Positions 20,332 to 30,727 of a DNA stretch of 64,000 nt are shown piece after piece; position 1 is the first letter of the stretch, and each line of letters opens with the position of its first letter. Both the position numbers and the translations under genes were made by a program. Location: positions 96,001 to 160,000 of the IMG/VR virus record IMGVR_UViG_2974671799_000001, one strand, 5' to 3'. The stretch is from a virus (taxonomy: Duplodnaviria > Caudoviricetes). The notes beneath the pieces are model-generated. The model was given only the letters and a program-made list of their open reading frames with translations, was not told where the DNA came from and did no database searches.

Positions 20332-22083
20332 TTAGAATCCGAAGTTTAAATCATCACCACCACCACCATCAGGATTGTCAGGGTCTTCATTAAATTCGTC
20401 AAACTCTATTTCAAGACCAAACTTTGCTCTTGTTTGTTTTATTTTACGTTCCATTAATAATTTCTTTTCGATTGACTCCAATCTCAATTTATCAATGTAT
20501 TTTATTTCTTCTTCTGTAAAACCTGCATATTCCTTCATAGCATACTCAATAGGCATCCAAGGAATAGTATCTCCATCAGGTGTATCTATTGTTAACTTAT
20601 CAGTAATTTCAGAAATGAAATCAAATTTAGCCTTTAATAATTCCTGTCTAATCATCATTGATAATTCAGAATCGGAATTAAAATCCAAATATATGTTTTC
20701 AGCTAAATCAGGCTCATTATGTAAATAAGGATATTCCAAAATAAGTTGATAAGTTAAAGGTATCAATAATATCTTACCATATATGTTTTGAATTTTCCTT
20801 TTGAATTTATCAAATCCTATTTCCTCGATATAAACTGATGTAGGGTCATAGTTCCAAGTGTCCTGACCACCTTTTTCAAATCTATTAAAAGGCATCATTG
20901 TTGAACTATAAAACTTATTTTTCATATACTCATTCGGTTCCATATTCTGCATATCGAATCCCTCACCACCTAATACAGTAACTTCGGGTGTACCACTATC
21001 ACCATTAGATAAGAAAATATCTTTACTCATTGGTAAATTTGTAGTACCGTTCACAGATACATCACCTGAATATGAGTCGAAATTATAATCATCTTTGTAT
21101 AATTCCATAGTCATACTTACAGTTTGTTCTGAACGGTTACGACCTTGTGTTTGTGTAGGAATAGAATACATTGTCCTATATGTAGAATTAGTAACAGCCC
21201 AAATAATCTTTGTCTCATCAATAACACGCATCATGTTATATGGCTTAATAAGACCTTCCAAATAAGATGTTGTTTCATTTTCTTCCATATCATCAGACCA
21301 ACTCAAATAGATAATCTCATGGTCGAATAATACAGTACCATCACCCGAATAATTATTAAGGAAATTTGAAGCACCCATCACATTTTGTTGAATATCTGTA
21401 GTCGATTTGGGTCTATGAATCCAAAATCTTTGACCCCTTTCATAATAAGGTTCTAAAGTGTTAACATCAACCTCTACAAAGTGATGAATCTTTTTTGGAT
21501 TTGTTGGGTTATCATAAATTATGAACCATGCCTTTCTCCCATACTTTAGGAATTGATACATTTTTTGCCAAGCACCATCACCACTCAATCCCATTTTACG
21601 AACAAAATCAGAGAAGTTTAAATCTAGGTTTTCTTTAACCTTTTCTAAAACTTCCTTTTTAAAACCTAACTGTCTAAGTCTATCATCATGAATTTTTGGT
21701 TCAGCGAATGAAGGAATTTCTTTTGAAGTTATGATAAGCTCATTACATAATTTTGTTAAAACCTCTTTAATTTCAGGTTTTGATGCAATATCATCATAAT
21801 AGTTAGTCTTTCTTTCGTGTTCAAGGTTTTGAAAACCTTTGTTTTTATTTCTTTCAGATAGTAATTTTTTATGGCGAATTAATGTAGAATAAATTTCTTC
21901 ATCTTCTATACGAAAATCCTTTGCTTGAACTCCTTGCTTATCTTTTCTATGTAAATCCTTTTTTGAGTATGATGTCATATCAGTATTGAAATTACTAAAT
22001 AACTTACTCAATTTCTCTCTACGGTTGTCTCTAAGTTTATCTAGATTACTAACCCCCGCAAGTAAATGTTGTTTATTACTCAA
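20332..22083 (-). CDS. gp20: Portal protein (T4 gp20-like), TTG start
   Basis: SYLEGLIKPYNMMRVIDETKIIWAV, DIFLS..DSGTPEVTVLGG and EEIGFDKF match gp20 portal motifs. Confidence 0.9.
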   Translation of the reverse strand: MSNKQHLLAGVSNLDKLRDNRREKLSKLFSNFNTDMTSYSKKDLHRKDKQGVQAKDFRIEDEEIYSTLIRHKKLLSERNKNKGFQNLEHERKTNYYDDIASKPEIKEVLTKLCNELIITSKEIPSFAEPKIHDDRLRQLGFKKEVLEKVKENLDLNFSDFVRKMGLSGDGAWQKMYQFLKYGRKAWFIIYDNPTNPKKIHHFVEVDVNTLEPYYERGQRFWIHRPKSTTDIQQNVMGASNFLNNYSGDGTVLFDHEIIYLSWSDDMEENETTSYLEGLIKPYNMMRVIDETKIIWAVTNSTYRTMYSIPTQTQGRNRSEQTVSMTMELYKDDYNFDSYSGDVSVNGTTNLPMSKDIFLSNGDSGTPEVTVLGGEGFDMQNMEPNEYMKNKFYSSTMMPFNRFEKGGQDTWNYDPTSVYIEEIGFDKFKRKIQNIYGKILLIPLTYQLILEYPYLHNEPDLAENIYLDFNSDSELSMMIRQELLKAKFDFISEITDKLTIDTPDGDTIPWMPIEYAMKEYAGFTEEEIKYIDKLRLESIEKKLLMERKIKQTRAKFGLEIEFDEFNEDPDNPDGGGGDDLNFGF

Positions 22084-22138
22084 TTTGATTAATTTTTATG
22101 ATTAATATTTCTTTTTGGTGTCTTAGTGTATATATAGT

Positions 22139-22885
22139 TTATACGTTAAAACCTTGTTTTGATGCAAGTCGTCTAGTTGCTGATGTCTTACCCTTAGTTA
22201 TAAATTTCTTCCATTCCCTCTCCAATTCAATCTCGTTAATTTTTTTATATTCTTTAGACGGTAACCAAATAGCACGCTCCCATTCAATATGAGGAAACTT
22301 CACAGTCTTTTTTCGCAAACTAGGTATATACATTCTCACAGCAAATTCAACACCTAACTGTTTAGTCATACTTTTTATAGTTCTCCAATCTAGATAAAAA
22401 ACAGTATCAACACCTTGTTTCATTGCTTTATTATACTGAATCTTATACATTTTATAAACCATAAACAATACAGACTGTCTAATTTTAGGTGGTAATAAAT
22501 GTAAATTAATCCCAACTTCCCTAACACCCAACTTTGTTTTCTTTTGTCCGATACACAAAACCAAAGGTTGAGTATCATAGAAATCCAAAACATCCTCATA
22601 TTTCGGGGTATCATAATTAAACATATAAAGCATTGAAGGTTCTAACATTTTACCTTGATACTTCGCTTTAGGGTCTGTTCTAAGATATTTATTGAACCAT
22701 TCAACAGCTTTTCTATTCCTTTGCGCTCTATTTCGAATAGAACCGATTTCATTATTATGCATAGAATCCCACATATTGTAATCATCAGTATATCCCTTTT
22801 GATTGAAATACTGAGAAACTGCATTTATAAATCTATCAAATCTAGAACGTATATTTTTTATTCCACTAAATCGTTTTTTAGCCAT
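22139..22885 (-). CDS. gp2: DNA end-protector protein (T4 gp2-like)
   Basis: LYMFNYDTPKYEDVLDFYDTQPLVL, GINLHLLPP and EWERAIWLP match the gp2 family pattern. Confidence 0.8.
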   Translation of the reverse strand: MAKKRFSGIKNIRSRFDRFINAVSQYFNQKGYTDDYNMWDSMHNNEIGSIRNRAQRNRKAVEWFNKYLRTDPKAKYQGKMLEPSMLYMFNYDTPKYEDVLDFYDTQPLVLCIGQKKTKLGVREVGINLHLLPPKIRQSVLFMVYKMYKIQYNKAMKQGVDTVFYLDWRTIKSMTKQLGVEFAVRMYIPSLRKKTVKFPHIEWERAIWLPSKEYKKINEIELEREWKKFITKGKTSATRRLASKQGFNV

Positions 22886-22905
22886 TGTGTTTTTTTTGTT
22901 TTAAT

Positions 22906-22918
22906 TAATATAACAATT
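22906..22918 (-). promoter_or_regulatory. 13-bp upstream motif AATTGTTATATTA (copy 1)
   Basis: Identical copies at 42739 (-), 52363 (+) and 63763 (+), each 20-36 nt before a start codon. Confidence 0.65.
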
Positions 22919-22983
22919 GAAATCAAATTTTATCCTAATTTTATGTATTTTCAAATGTTAATTTATCTATGAAAAATATTAAG

Positions 22984-23133
22984 TTTATTTATGTTATTTG
23001 TATTTATAATATATAAAGGAAAATGCACCTAGGTACATTTTCACTGATTTTCTTTCAACGAAAAATGCGTTTTACTGAGAATCTTCCAAAGAATTTGTTA
23101 AAATATTGTCACTACAATAAAGTTTGCATATGT
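22984..23133 (+). repeat. 150-bp inverted repeat, left copy
   Basis: Ungapped 135/150 identity (hand-aligned) to the reverse complement of 43104-43253; contains the near-palindrome GAAAATGCACCTAGGTACATTTTC. Confidence 0.95.
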
Positions 23134-23367
23134 TGTATCGTTTACCAGTATAAACCACGAAAAAAATTACACTAAGTTTACGTTCCCTTAACATTAAATT
23201 TACATTAAACGACTTAAACATTTAATAATCAAATAATTATGAAAATTGTTAAAAATGTTAAAATTTTTCACTTATTAACATTAACTTAACATTCGCTAGA
23301 ATTTCGCTATTTTCTTAACATTAAATTAACATTGGAAAATGGTCGTTTTTGGGTCATTTTTTATATA

Positions 23368-23405
23368 AAAAGTGGCTTTACGAATTAAATCAGAAAGCCA
23401 CTTTT
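23368..23405 (-). terminator. Terminator after the 1478-aa gene
   Basis: AAAAGTGGCTTT / AAAGCCACTTTT stem. Confidence 0.7.
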
Positions 23406-23428
23406 AAGATACAAAAAGTATCGACAAA

Positions 23429-26400
23429 TTAAACCCTATCAATTAAAATTTTAAGATTTTCATTCAAATCAACATTATCAAAAAGTTCTAAAGATGATGG
23501 ATTTTCAGAATAAAAATCAATTTCAACATCACCTTTCAAAACTTTAGAAATCACATAAATTTTGCTAAATTCTGAATCAAAAAATCTTCTTAAAATAATA
23601 TCTTCAAAATCGAATTGTGATATATTTTGAGAATTGGTGTTATTATCGACTCCTAAAATATCAATCTTATCTTGTTCTGTAAAGTTCTTTAAATCGAATC
23701 CATAATTTTCTAAAATTCTTTTCAAGTAATCCTTTACATTTGAATAAACATCAATTATATCAGAGTCTGTTTTAATAACATCAAACTCAATAACCTTTTT
23801 ACTGGATAAAACCAAACTTATATCATGTTTGTATTCCATAGGATTACTAAACCAATGCAAGTTCTTAAAATCCTTCTTATCACTATAAACTCTATAATGT
23901 TTTGATAAAATAGTTTCTGAAAAATCCTTCCTATAAAACCAAACCTTATCATTCAATCTATCACTATTATTTTTAGATGATGGTAAAATATTATATTTAC
24001 TTGTTTTATATGAATATCCATAATCAGTATAATTTATACTAAAGAAATAACTAGATTTCCTTAATTGCTTAGTAATAGGTGTATAAAGACCATTTTGCCT
24101 AATCATATTAATAGTGTACTTATCAGACCTATTAAGTATATCATTATTCACGTTTTTAAGACCTATAACAGCCATCTTTGCTACAGGTTCAATTGGGTAA
24201 ATATCTAATAATGATGTGTTACCATAAATGTCAGTAACAGTTGTATTATTTGACTTAATCCAATCCATGATATCAGATGTTGAAATTAATGAAAAACGTT
24301 CAATAGCACCTACATTTTTTAATACCCTATCATATTCAGCATTTTCCAAAAGAATAGCTTCAACAATATCCATCTTATTTTGTTCATAAAATACATTATT
24401 ATTTGCTAAATACTCAGCCAACATATCATATTCTATTGTTGTTGTTACACCCGACTCTGTTTCTTTTATTTTTACATGAATTTCTGTACACCAAAAATGG
24501 TCTTTTCCAATTTCCTGTATATCCATAAATGTTATTAACATACCGAAATTTGTTGTTTCAGAATCATCAGTATCACCAAAGTAAACTTCAAAATTTTGTC
24601 TAAGTTCTAAAAATGATGTGAAATCAACATCAAACCTTTCTAATAAACCTTTACCAACATGAACATAATTAATACCATTTTGTTGAAAGTACCAATCATT
24701 TGTTTTGAAGTTCCCTAAATATGTTTTTGGTGAAGATGAATCATTAATACGTAATGAAATATTCTTTCTACCGAAACTTGATAAACTTGTTTCTGTTGCA
24801 TAATCACCATCAGAAAAATATAATAATGACCTATCCAACCAATAAACACCTTCTTGCTCCAATCCTGTTAAAACAGGTTCAGGAACATACATTGTAACAT
24901 ATAATGTGATTGATTTGAAAGCCTCATTTTCTAAAAGTTCTATATCTCTATCCTTACTTTCAGGTGCTGTACTTGTATTTAGAATTGCTGAGAATTTCCA
25001 TCCTTCATATTTGGAATCTAAAACAATCTTAACACCTCTAAAGAAGCATGAGTATAAATCATCTTCCTTCTTTATAATAGAATGTGACCTTATATAATTG
25101 TAAACATCGAAATCAGTACTTAAAACATCTTCTTTAGTAATATGCTTTACTGTGTAACTTGTTAAAATATCATTAATATGTCTATCAAAACCTTTTATTG
25201 AATCATTAATCTTAATTTCAGGATTATAAACAGGTAATGTTAATGTAGTTTTATGAAAATTCAAATCATAAATAGTCAAATCAGATGTATGACCATAAGA
25301 CAAACTAATACGAATTTCATTATTTTCACCAACAGCACTACCACCCAATGATAAAACTTTTGTATCTATTATATTTTCGGAAACACCACCAATCAAATTA
25401 ACATCAACATTCCAACTATCTATAACAACCATATTATCTAAATCAACAATTTCAATAAGTGTTCTAACACTCGTGTTTGCTGAATTTTCTAATGAAAAAT
25501 TGAATGAAAATTTAATATCACTATTAATTCCTTGTTCTCTTATATCTAACTTTCTTGAAATATAATTTTGACTATTATTAGGACTAAACTTTATACCACC
25601 ATCACCCGAATCAATCAAATCACCGTTAAGAACAAACCATTCGGAAATTTCATCAGGTTCATTTATATCTGTGTAAAATCTTTGAATTATATTTGTTGGT
25701 TGTTCTGTATCAATCTCAACATCCTTAATAGCAGGAATTTTACCAACGTTCAAATCCCTCATATAAGGTGGTAAACCTGTACCAATAACTAACCATGAAT
25801 GTGTAGCGTTTCTCAAATCCCTATCTTTAATATCCAAAGATGGTGCAAAATTACTATATCTAAAAGGTTGAGCTAAATTCAATGTGTATGGTCTATTATA
25901 AACATCTAAACCATCCTTATACATGAATTTATTAATAGACTGATTTATCATTGAATTTGATATCAAATCGTGGTTTAAATTTTCTGATAGTCTATTAAAT
26001 TCATTATCAATACTAGTTGCTTCAAAACTACTAGTATTTACATCACCTATTAACATACCCCTTTCTAATGAAATAGAATCAAAATATCTTGAAATAATCG
26101 ATACTAATTCAGCTTTATATTCACTCATTTCAGATTCGGAAGGCATAACATCATATTTCCCTAAAAAGTTTTCATCACTAACTTGGTTTAATAACCATTG
26201 TTTATATGTGTTTAATTCGAAATCAAAAACATCACCATGATATGTATTTTCTCTATCAAAATCAAATGCTCTATGCTCACAAGTCTTTAATCTATATAAT
26301 TTTGACTTTTCTGTTTTAATAACATTAATTATATCACCATTTGGATTATCTTCTCTAATTGAACTTTCCAAATTAAAGAAGTAATAACCCAACCATTTAC

Positions 26401-27865
26401 CCATTTCAATAACTTTAGATGTGTTTTCTTTATAATTTAAACTATCACCACCATTTACATCTAAAGGTATTGGAAAAGCTGTTAAAACCGAGTCAGATGA
26501 TGGACTATAGAATGTGTTTTCATATACAGAAACATTATCTGTGAATTTTAAAGGTATAATAGAGTAATTACGTGGTTTTTCAACCAATTTTATATTTTTA
26601 TAAGACTCATCATTTATAAGACTCTTTATAACCAAGTATTCATTTTCGAAAATTAAAGCATCTACAAATAAATTAGAAATATTTGTTCTAGCATATAATG
26701 TAAAAGACTTTGCTATATTTTCAGCAGTTTTCATTATATCATTAACAACGATATCATCCTCACTAATAGTATATTCAATCTCTGTTACACCATCCAATTC
26801 AAGTATTAATTTTTCACCAACACTAGGAAGAAAATTTGGCTTAATCATTATTAATGGTGTAAAATCACCACTATGTGTAAATGATGTGAATTGTATTGCA
26901 TTCAATGTATCAACAACCACAGGATTATCATTTAAATCACTTTCCGTTAAAACATCTTGTGACATTGTGATAGTTCCTTTGTTTTCTATTATTTTGAAAT
27001 GAGCTTCTGTATCATTAAATTCATTAAGACTTTCTAACTCATCCATTGTTGTATAAAAACCTATTAAATCTACAAATGTATCGTTTAAATCATCATTTGA
27101 TAAATCTAAATCAAAACAAAATTCCAAGTTTAAGAATCTTGAATCTATCATTTCATTTTTCCTGAAACCATCAACAATATCATGATTAAATTCAGTCAAT
27201 GTTCTTTCGTTTGCCAAAACATTAACCATATTATTATCATATTTCGTTTCTAGCAAACCACTATTTAAACTAGTACCAGTAAAGCTAAAACCCTCTTCAA
27301 AATTAGCAAATACACCGATATCATCGATATTATCCTTCATATACTTGATATGTCTATCTAATTGTTTACCCATTTCAGAACTTCTAAAATCATGTACATG
27401 AACTAATTCTTTTATAAATGGTTTTCCTTTATTAAAGTCATTCCTATTAACTCTATAAACAACAAATAAATCAGGTTTTGTAGCCTCTTTATCTATGTAA
27501 ATAGGTGCAAAAAATCTAAATCGTTTTGTTATAAGTTCTGAAACATCAGAGTAAGCACCATAATTATAAATTCTTTCATGTTGTTCTGAAAGCTCTTTTG
27601 TAACTAGATTTGAATCACTCTTTACATCAAAAATATTATCTTTTATGTCGAATAAATCAGCATAATTTTTAAGATTCACCATTAAATTACTTGTAGTGTT
27701 CAATTTATAAGCTTTATAAAGTGACCTAGCAAGTTCAGAATTTGAATTTATTGAATCCAAATATATGTTATCCTCATCACAAACAAACTTTATATTCCCA
27801 CTTAAACGCGGATTACATTTATTAAGTGTATAAAAACTGTTTGATATTTTATTGTCTTTTGCCAT
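23429..27865 (-). CDS. Large hypothetical protein, probably virion structural (1478 aa)
   Basis: Long acidic ORF with a central beta-rich, carbohydrate-binding-like segment; function not recognised. Confidence 0.7.
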   Translation of the reverse strand: MAKDNKISNSFYTLNKCNPRLSGNIKFVCDEDNIYLDSINSNSELARSLYKAYKLNTTSNLMVNLKNYADLFDIKDNIFDVKSDSNLVTKELSEQHERIYNYGAYSDVSELITKRFRFFAPIYIDKEATKPDLFVVYRVNRNDFNKGKPFIKELVHVHDFRSSEMGKQLDRHIKYMKDNIDDIGVFANFEEGFSFTGTSLNSGLLETKYDNNMVNVLANERTLTEFNHDIVDGFRKNEMIDSRFLNLEFCFDLDLSNDDLNDTFVDLIGFYTTMDELESLNEFNDTEAHFKIIENKGTITMSQDVLTESDLNDNPVVVDTLNAIQFTSFTHSGDFTPLIMIKPNFLPSVGEKLILELDGVTEIEYTISEDDIVVNDIMKTAENIAKSFTLYARTNISNLFVDALIFENEYLVIKSLINDESYKNIKLVEKPRNYSIIPLKFTDNVSVYENTFYSPSSDSVLTAFPIPLDVNGGDSLNYKENTSKVIEMGKWLGYYFFNLESSIREDNPNGDIINVIKTEKSKLYRLKTCEHRAFDFDRENTYHGDVFDFELNTYKQWLLNQVSDENFLGKYDVMPSESEMSEYKAELVSIISRYFDSISLERGMLIGDVNTSSFEATSIDNEFNRLSENLNHDLISNSMINQSINKFMYKDGLDVYNRPYTLNLAQPFRYSNFAPSLDIKDRDLRNATHSWLVIGTGLPPYMRDLNVGKIPAIKDVEIDTEQPTNIIQRFYTDINEPDEISEWFVLNGDLIDSGDGGIKFSPNNSQNYISRKLDIREQGINSDIKFSFNFSLENSANTSVRTLIEIVDLDNMVVIDSWNVDVNLIGGVSENIIDTKVLSLGGSAVGENNEIRISLSYGHTSDLTIYDLNFHKTTLTLPVYNPEIKINDSIKGFDRHINDILTSYTVKHITKEDVLSTDFDVYNYIRSHSIIKKEDDLYSCFFRGVKIVLDSKYEGWKFSAILNTSTAPESKDRDIELLENEAFKSITLYVTMYVPEPVLTGLEQEGVYWLDRSLLYFSDGDYATETSLSSFGRKNISLRINDSSSPKTYLGNFKTNDWYFQQNGINYVHVGKGLLERFDVDFTSFLELRQNFEVYFGDTDDSETTNFGMLITFMDIQEIGKDHFWCTEIHVKIKETESGVTTTIEYDMLAEYLANNNVFYEQNKMDIVEAILLENAEYDRVLKNVGAIERFSLISTSDIMDWIKSNNTTVTDIYGNTSLLDIYPIEPVAKMAVIGLKNVNNDILNRSDKYTINMIRQNGLYTPITKQLRKSSYFFSINYTDYGYSYKTSKYNILPSSKNNSDRLNDKVWFYRKDFSETILSKHYRVYSDKKDFKNLHWFSNPMEYKHDISLVLSSKKVIEFDVIKTDSDIIDVYSNVKDYLKRILENYGFDLKNFTEQDKIDILGVDNNTNSQNISQFDFEDIILRRFFDSEFSKIYVISKVLKGDVEIDFYSENPSSLELFDNVDLNENLKILIDRV

Positions 27866-27889
27866 ATTGTATTTTAAATAAGGTTTAAA

Positions 27890-29617
27890 ATGATAAATAG
27901 AGTAAAGAGTTTAACGAGAAACGTTAAAAAATTACTTAATATATTTATACTTTCATATATGGTATTCGAAATGACAAATACTGGTAAAAGAGTTCTATAC
28001 CTAGACCCAATTACAAATAACGACATAACAAGTATTGAAATAGATACAGAAAAGGAAGGTTCTTTAATAGCATCTTATCTTTTTTCATACTCATTCGATA
28101 ATGTTAATTGGTCTGATTATGCATCAAAAAGTGATACTTTATCATATCTAAATTCAGAAGAAACACAATCACTATCAACATATTTAAGAGTTCTTTTAAG
28201 TGTTGATGTTGACCCAAATGTTACACAATCATCTTTAATTAGTAACTATATAGGTATTGAAAATATCATGGTTAATGGTTCATCAATAAATGTTTGTGGT
28301 ATGGAATACTACCAAGATATAAATATTGTCGCATCAAACATAACAAATAATGCATTAAACCCATTTAGGAACTTAGATAATGCACACCATATGAGGGAAC
28401 AGATTTCTAAGTCAATTGCTATGACTATTGGATATGACGGTGTTTACTTTAAACGTGTTCCGAATGAGGAAACAAAATCAATTATTTTCAAGTCATATAA
28501 AATGTATCAAACTTTACCTGCACGAGCGATTAAAGTAGTTATTCCACCTGATGCAAACAATAATGAAAATATCAACTCATTCCAGTTCTTTATGAATAGA
28601 GAAAATATCGAAGTTGAAATTTTATTATCTCAATGGCATGATATATACGGTGTTGATGTTTATCCGAATGCAAAAGACGCTATTTACATCAATGTTTTCG
28701 ATAGAATGTACACTATATCATCGGCTAAAAAGAAAAGAGATTTTATGCATAGGGCTGTTGCTTATAAATTATATCTAGGAGTGTTTAAAGAAGGTGTTGA
28801 GATTGATAATTCACAAGCAGAAGAGGAAATTACAGATTTTAGTGATTTCACAGCATATGATATAGAAAATTCAGACCAAGCATATGATGAGATAGAAAAT
28901 GCAACTGGCAATGGTGATGATATTGAGTTTAGCTTATCAGAAGAAGAATCAGAATTTCAAAGCATTGATTCCAAATTATTAGATTTTCACAAAGGTATTA
29001 GAAATATTAAAACTGGTTTACTATTCAATGATGTTGAGTTCCAAAGATATATGTATAAAAGCGATACAGATGTTGACTTCTTAACAAGATATGATTTATC
29101 AAAAATGGATGATAACGAATATAGTGTTTCGGCTTGGTTTAAAATTTCGGAAGTTGGTAAAAGTGTAATGTTATTTAGTCTTGGTGATGGTATAAATTAT
29201 GCAGAATTGATTTATGTAAATTCAAACGGATTCATAACCTTGCACACAAAAGCCTCAGAAATAAACAAATATGTAACAGCTACAGGTGAAGCTATTAAAG
29301 AAAATGGTTATTATTCTGTTGTTTTGTCTAGAAGAGGTAAAAATATTTCAATTTCATTGTTATATTATAATGATGGTTCAATTGATTTTGTACAAAACAT
29401 ATTAGCAAGTGTTGAAATACCAGTTAATAAAAAAGTATTGGAAATTAAAGGAAATCATAAAACATCAATAGGAAATATTAGAGTAAATAAAAAATCAGTA
29501 CCTAAACAACAAATTATACCAATGATAACAAACTGGTCATTGGATGCAAACGATTATTTAGTAATTGATAATTGTCAAACTGGTATTGATTCAATAAAAG
29601 TTCAATCAAACGCGTAA
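27890..29617 (+). CDS. Neck/head-closure protein (gp14-like) with a C-terminal LamG-like domain
   Basis: Central IGYDGVYFKR...IFKSY...YPNAKDAIYINVFDRMYTI resembles T4 gp14; YSVSAWFK and YYSVVLSR are concanavalin/LamG-like; true start may be 27959 or 27971. Confidence 0.55.
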   Translation: MINRVKSLTRNVKKLLNIFILSYMVFEMTNTGKRVLYLDPITNNDITSIEIDTEKEGSLIASYLFSYSFDNVNWSDYASKSDTLSYLNSEETQSLSTYLRVLLSVDVDPNVTQSSLISNYIGIENIMVNGSSINVCGMEYYQDINIVASNITNNALNPFRNLDNAHHMREQISKSIAMTIGYDGVYFKRVPNEETKSIIFKSYKMYQTLPARAIKVVIPPDANNNENINSFQFFMNRENIEVEILLSQWHDIYGVDVYPNAKDAIYINVFDRMYTISSAKKKRDFMHRAVAYKLYLGVFKEGVEIDNSQAEEEITDFSDFTAYDIENSDQAYDEIENATGNGDDIEFSLSEEESEFQSIDSKLLDFHKGIRNIKTGLLFNDVEFQRYMYKSDTDVDFLTRYDLSKMDDNEYSVSAWFKISEVGKSVMLFSLGDGINYAELIYVNSNGFITLHTKASEINKYVTATGEAIKENGYYSVVLSRRGKNISISLLYYNDGSIDFVQNILASVEIPVNKKVLEIKGNHKTSIGNIRVNKKSVPKQQIIPMITNWSLDANDYLVIDNCQTGIDSIKVQSNA

Positions 29618-29621
29618 TAAA

Positions 29622-30395
29622 ATGAATAAAGATTTTGAATTTAATGAAAATAACGCAAATTTCGATTCACTAATTCCAAAAGATATAACAGGGCATTCAA
29701 TTTATGAAGGTGGTAGCCTACAAGGTCTTAGTGAGTATAAAGAATTTGGCGTTGAGGAACAAAAGACGAAAATAGAAAAAGAAGCTAAAGACCTAGTTAA
29801 ATCATTACTAGGCGTTTACTTCGATGTTGACCTAATCAATAATGACGACCATTTAAAAGCAATTCAAGCTGTTGAAACATCAAACCTTTTAGGTTTATTG
29901 GAGTCAGCACGATATGCACAACACGCTGTATCAACATTGATGTTGAAAATAGATGCAGGTATGCACGCTGATATACAGATATATAGTATATTAATAGAGC
30001 TTCAAAAGAGTGCTTTGGATATCCAAATGAAAGTTGCTCAGTATTCTAGAACACTTTCACCTTATTTAAGGTCACTAAAAGAAGATATCGAAGAAGCAGG
30101 AAATACGACTATAAATGTTTTGAGTCGTGTTGAAACTGATGATGTTAGTAAAAAGTTGGATGGTGGTATTGAAGGTGATTCAAAACAAATAGGTGAAAAA
30201 GCATTTAGAGGTGCTTTAGCAATGAATCAGTACTTCAAAGATATGATGGAAGATATTGAGGAATCAAAGAAGGAAAGGAAAGAAACAAATCAAGCAGAAA
30301 TGAAACAATCAGAAGAAAAGAACACAGAATATATAGATTTCGAAGAGATTTCAGATGAAGATGAACCTGATGGATATTTAGATGAAGAAGAATAA
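29622..30395 (+). CDS. Helical acidic protein, possible terminase small subunit (gp16-like)
   Basis: Two long helices (IQIYSILIELQKSALDIQMK) followed by FRG and an acidic tail resemble the gp16 layout; weak evidence. Confidence 0.4.
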   Translation: MNKDFEFNENNANFDSLIPKDITGHSIYEGGSLQGLSEYKEFGVEEQKTKIEKEAKDLVKSLLGVYFDVDLINNDDHLKAIQAVETSNLLGLLESARYAQHAVSTLMLKIDAGMHADIQIYSILIELQKSALDIQMKVAQYSRTLSPYLRSLKEDIEEAGNTTINVLSRVETDDVSKKLDGGIEGDSKQIGEKAFRGALAMNQYFKDMMEDIEESKKERKETNQAEMKQSEEKNTEYIDFEEISDEDEPDGYLDEEE

Positions 30396-30424
30396 AAAGA
30401 ACCACTAAAATAGTGGTTCTTTTT
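30394..30424. terminator. Bidirectional terminator between convergent genes
   Basis: AAAAAGAACCACTA-AAA-TAGTGGTTCTTTTT. Confidence 0.8.
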
Positions 30425-30671
30425 CTTTTTTATGTGTTTCGACCTCAACAGTCATTCCTTTTTGTTTATAATCAAGATTGAAAAACTCTTTTACTTCATC
30501 CAATCTAAAATCTACTGAAACATCATCTATACCATTTACAACCATAGATACTGTGACTCTATTTAGGTGTATTTCTTTTACATTCACATACTTATCGACA
30601 TATCTAGGATATAATCTTTTTAAAACTTCATCTTTTAATTTTACTGCTAGGTTTAATTTTGTTCTTTTCAT
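30405..30671 (-). CDS. Hypothetical protein
   Basis: 88-aa ORF at the end of a minus-strand run. Confidence 0.6.
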   Translation of the reverse strand: MKRTKLNLAVKLKDEVLKRLYPRYVDKYVNVKEIHLNRVTVSMVVNGIDDVSVDFRLDEVKEFFNLDYKQKGMTVEVETHKKEKEPLF

Positions 30672-30727
30672 TTTATTAAATTTGATATTTCAAATCTATT
30701 AAATAAAAACGAAACCACCAAAACATT

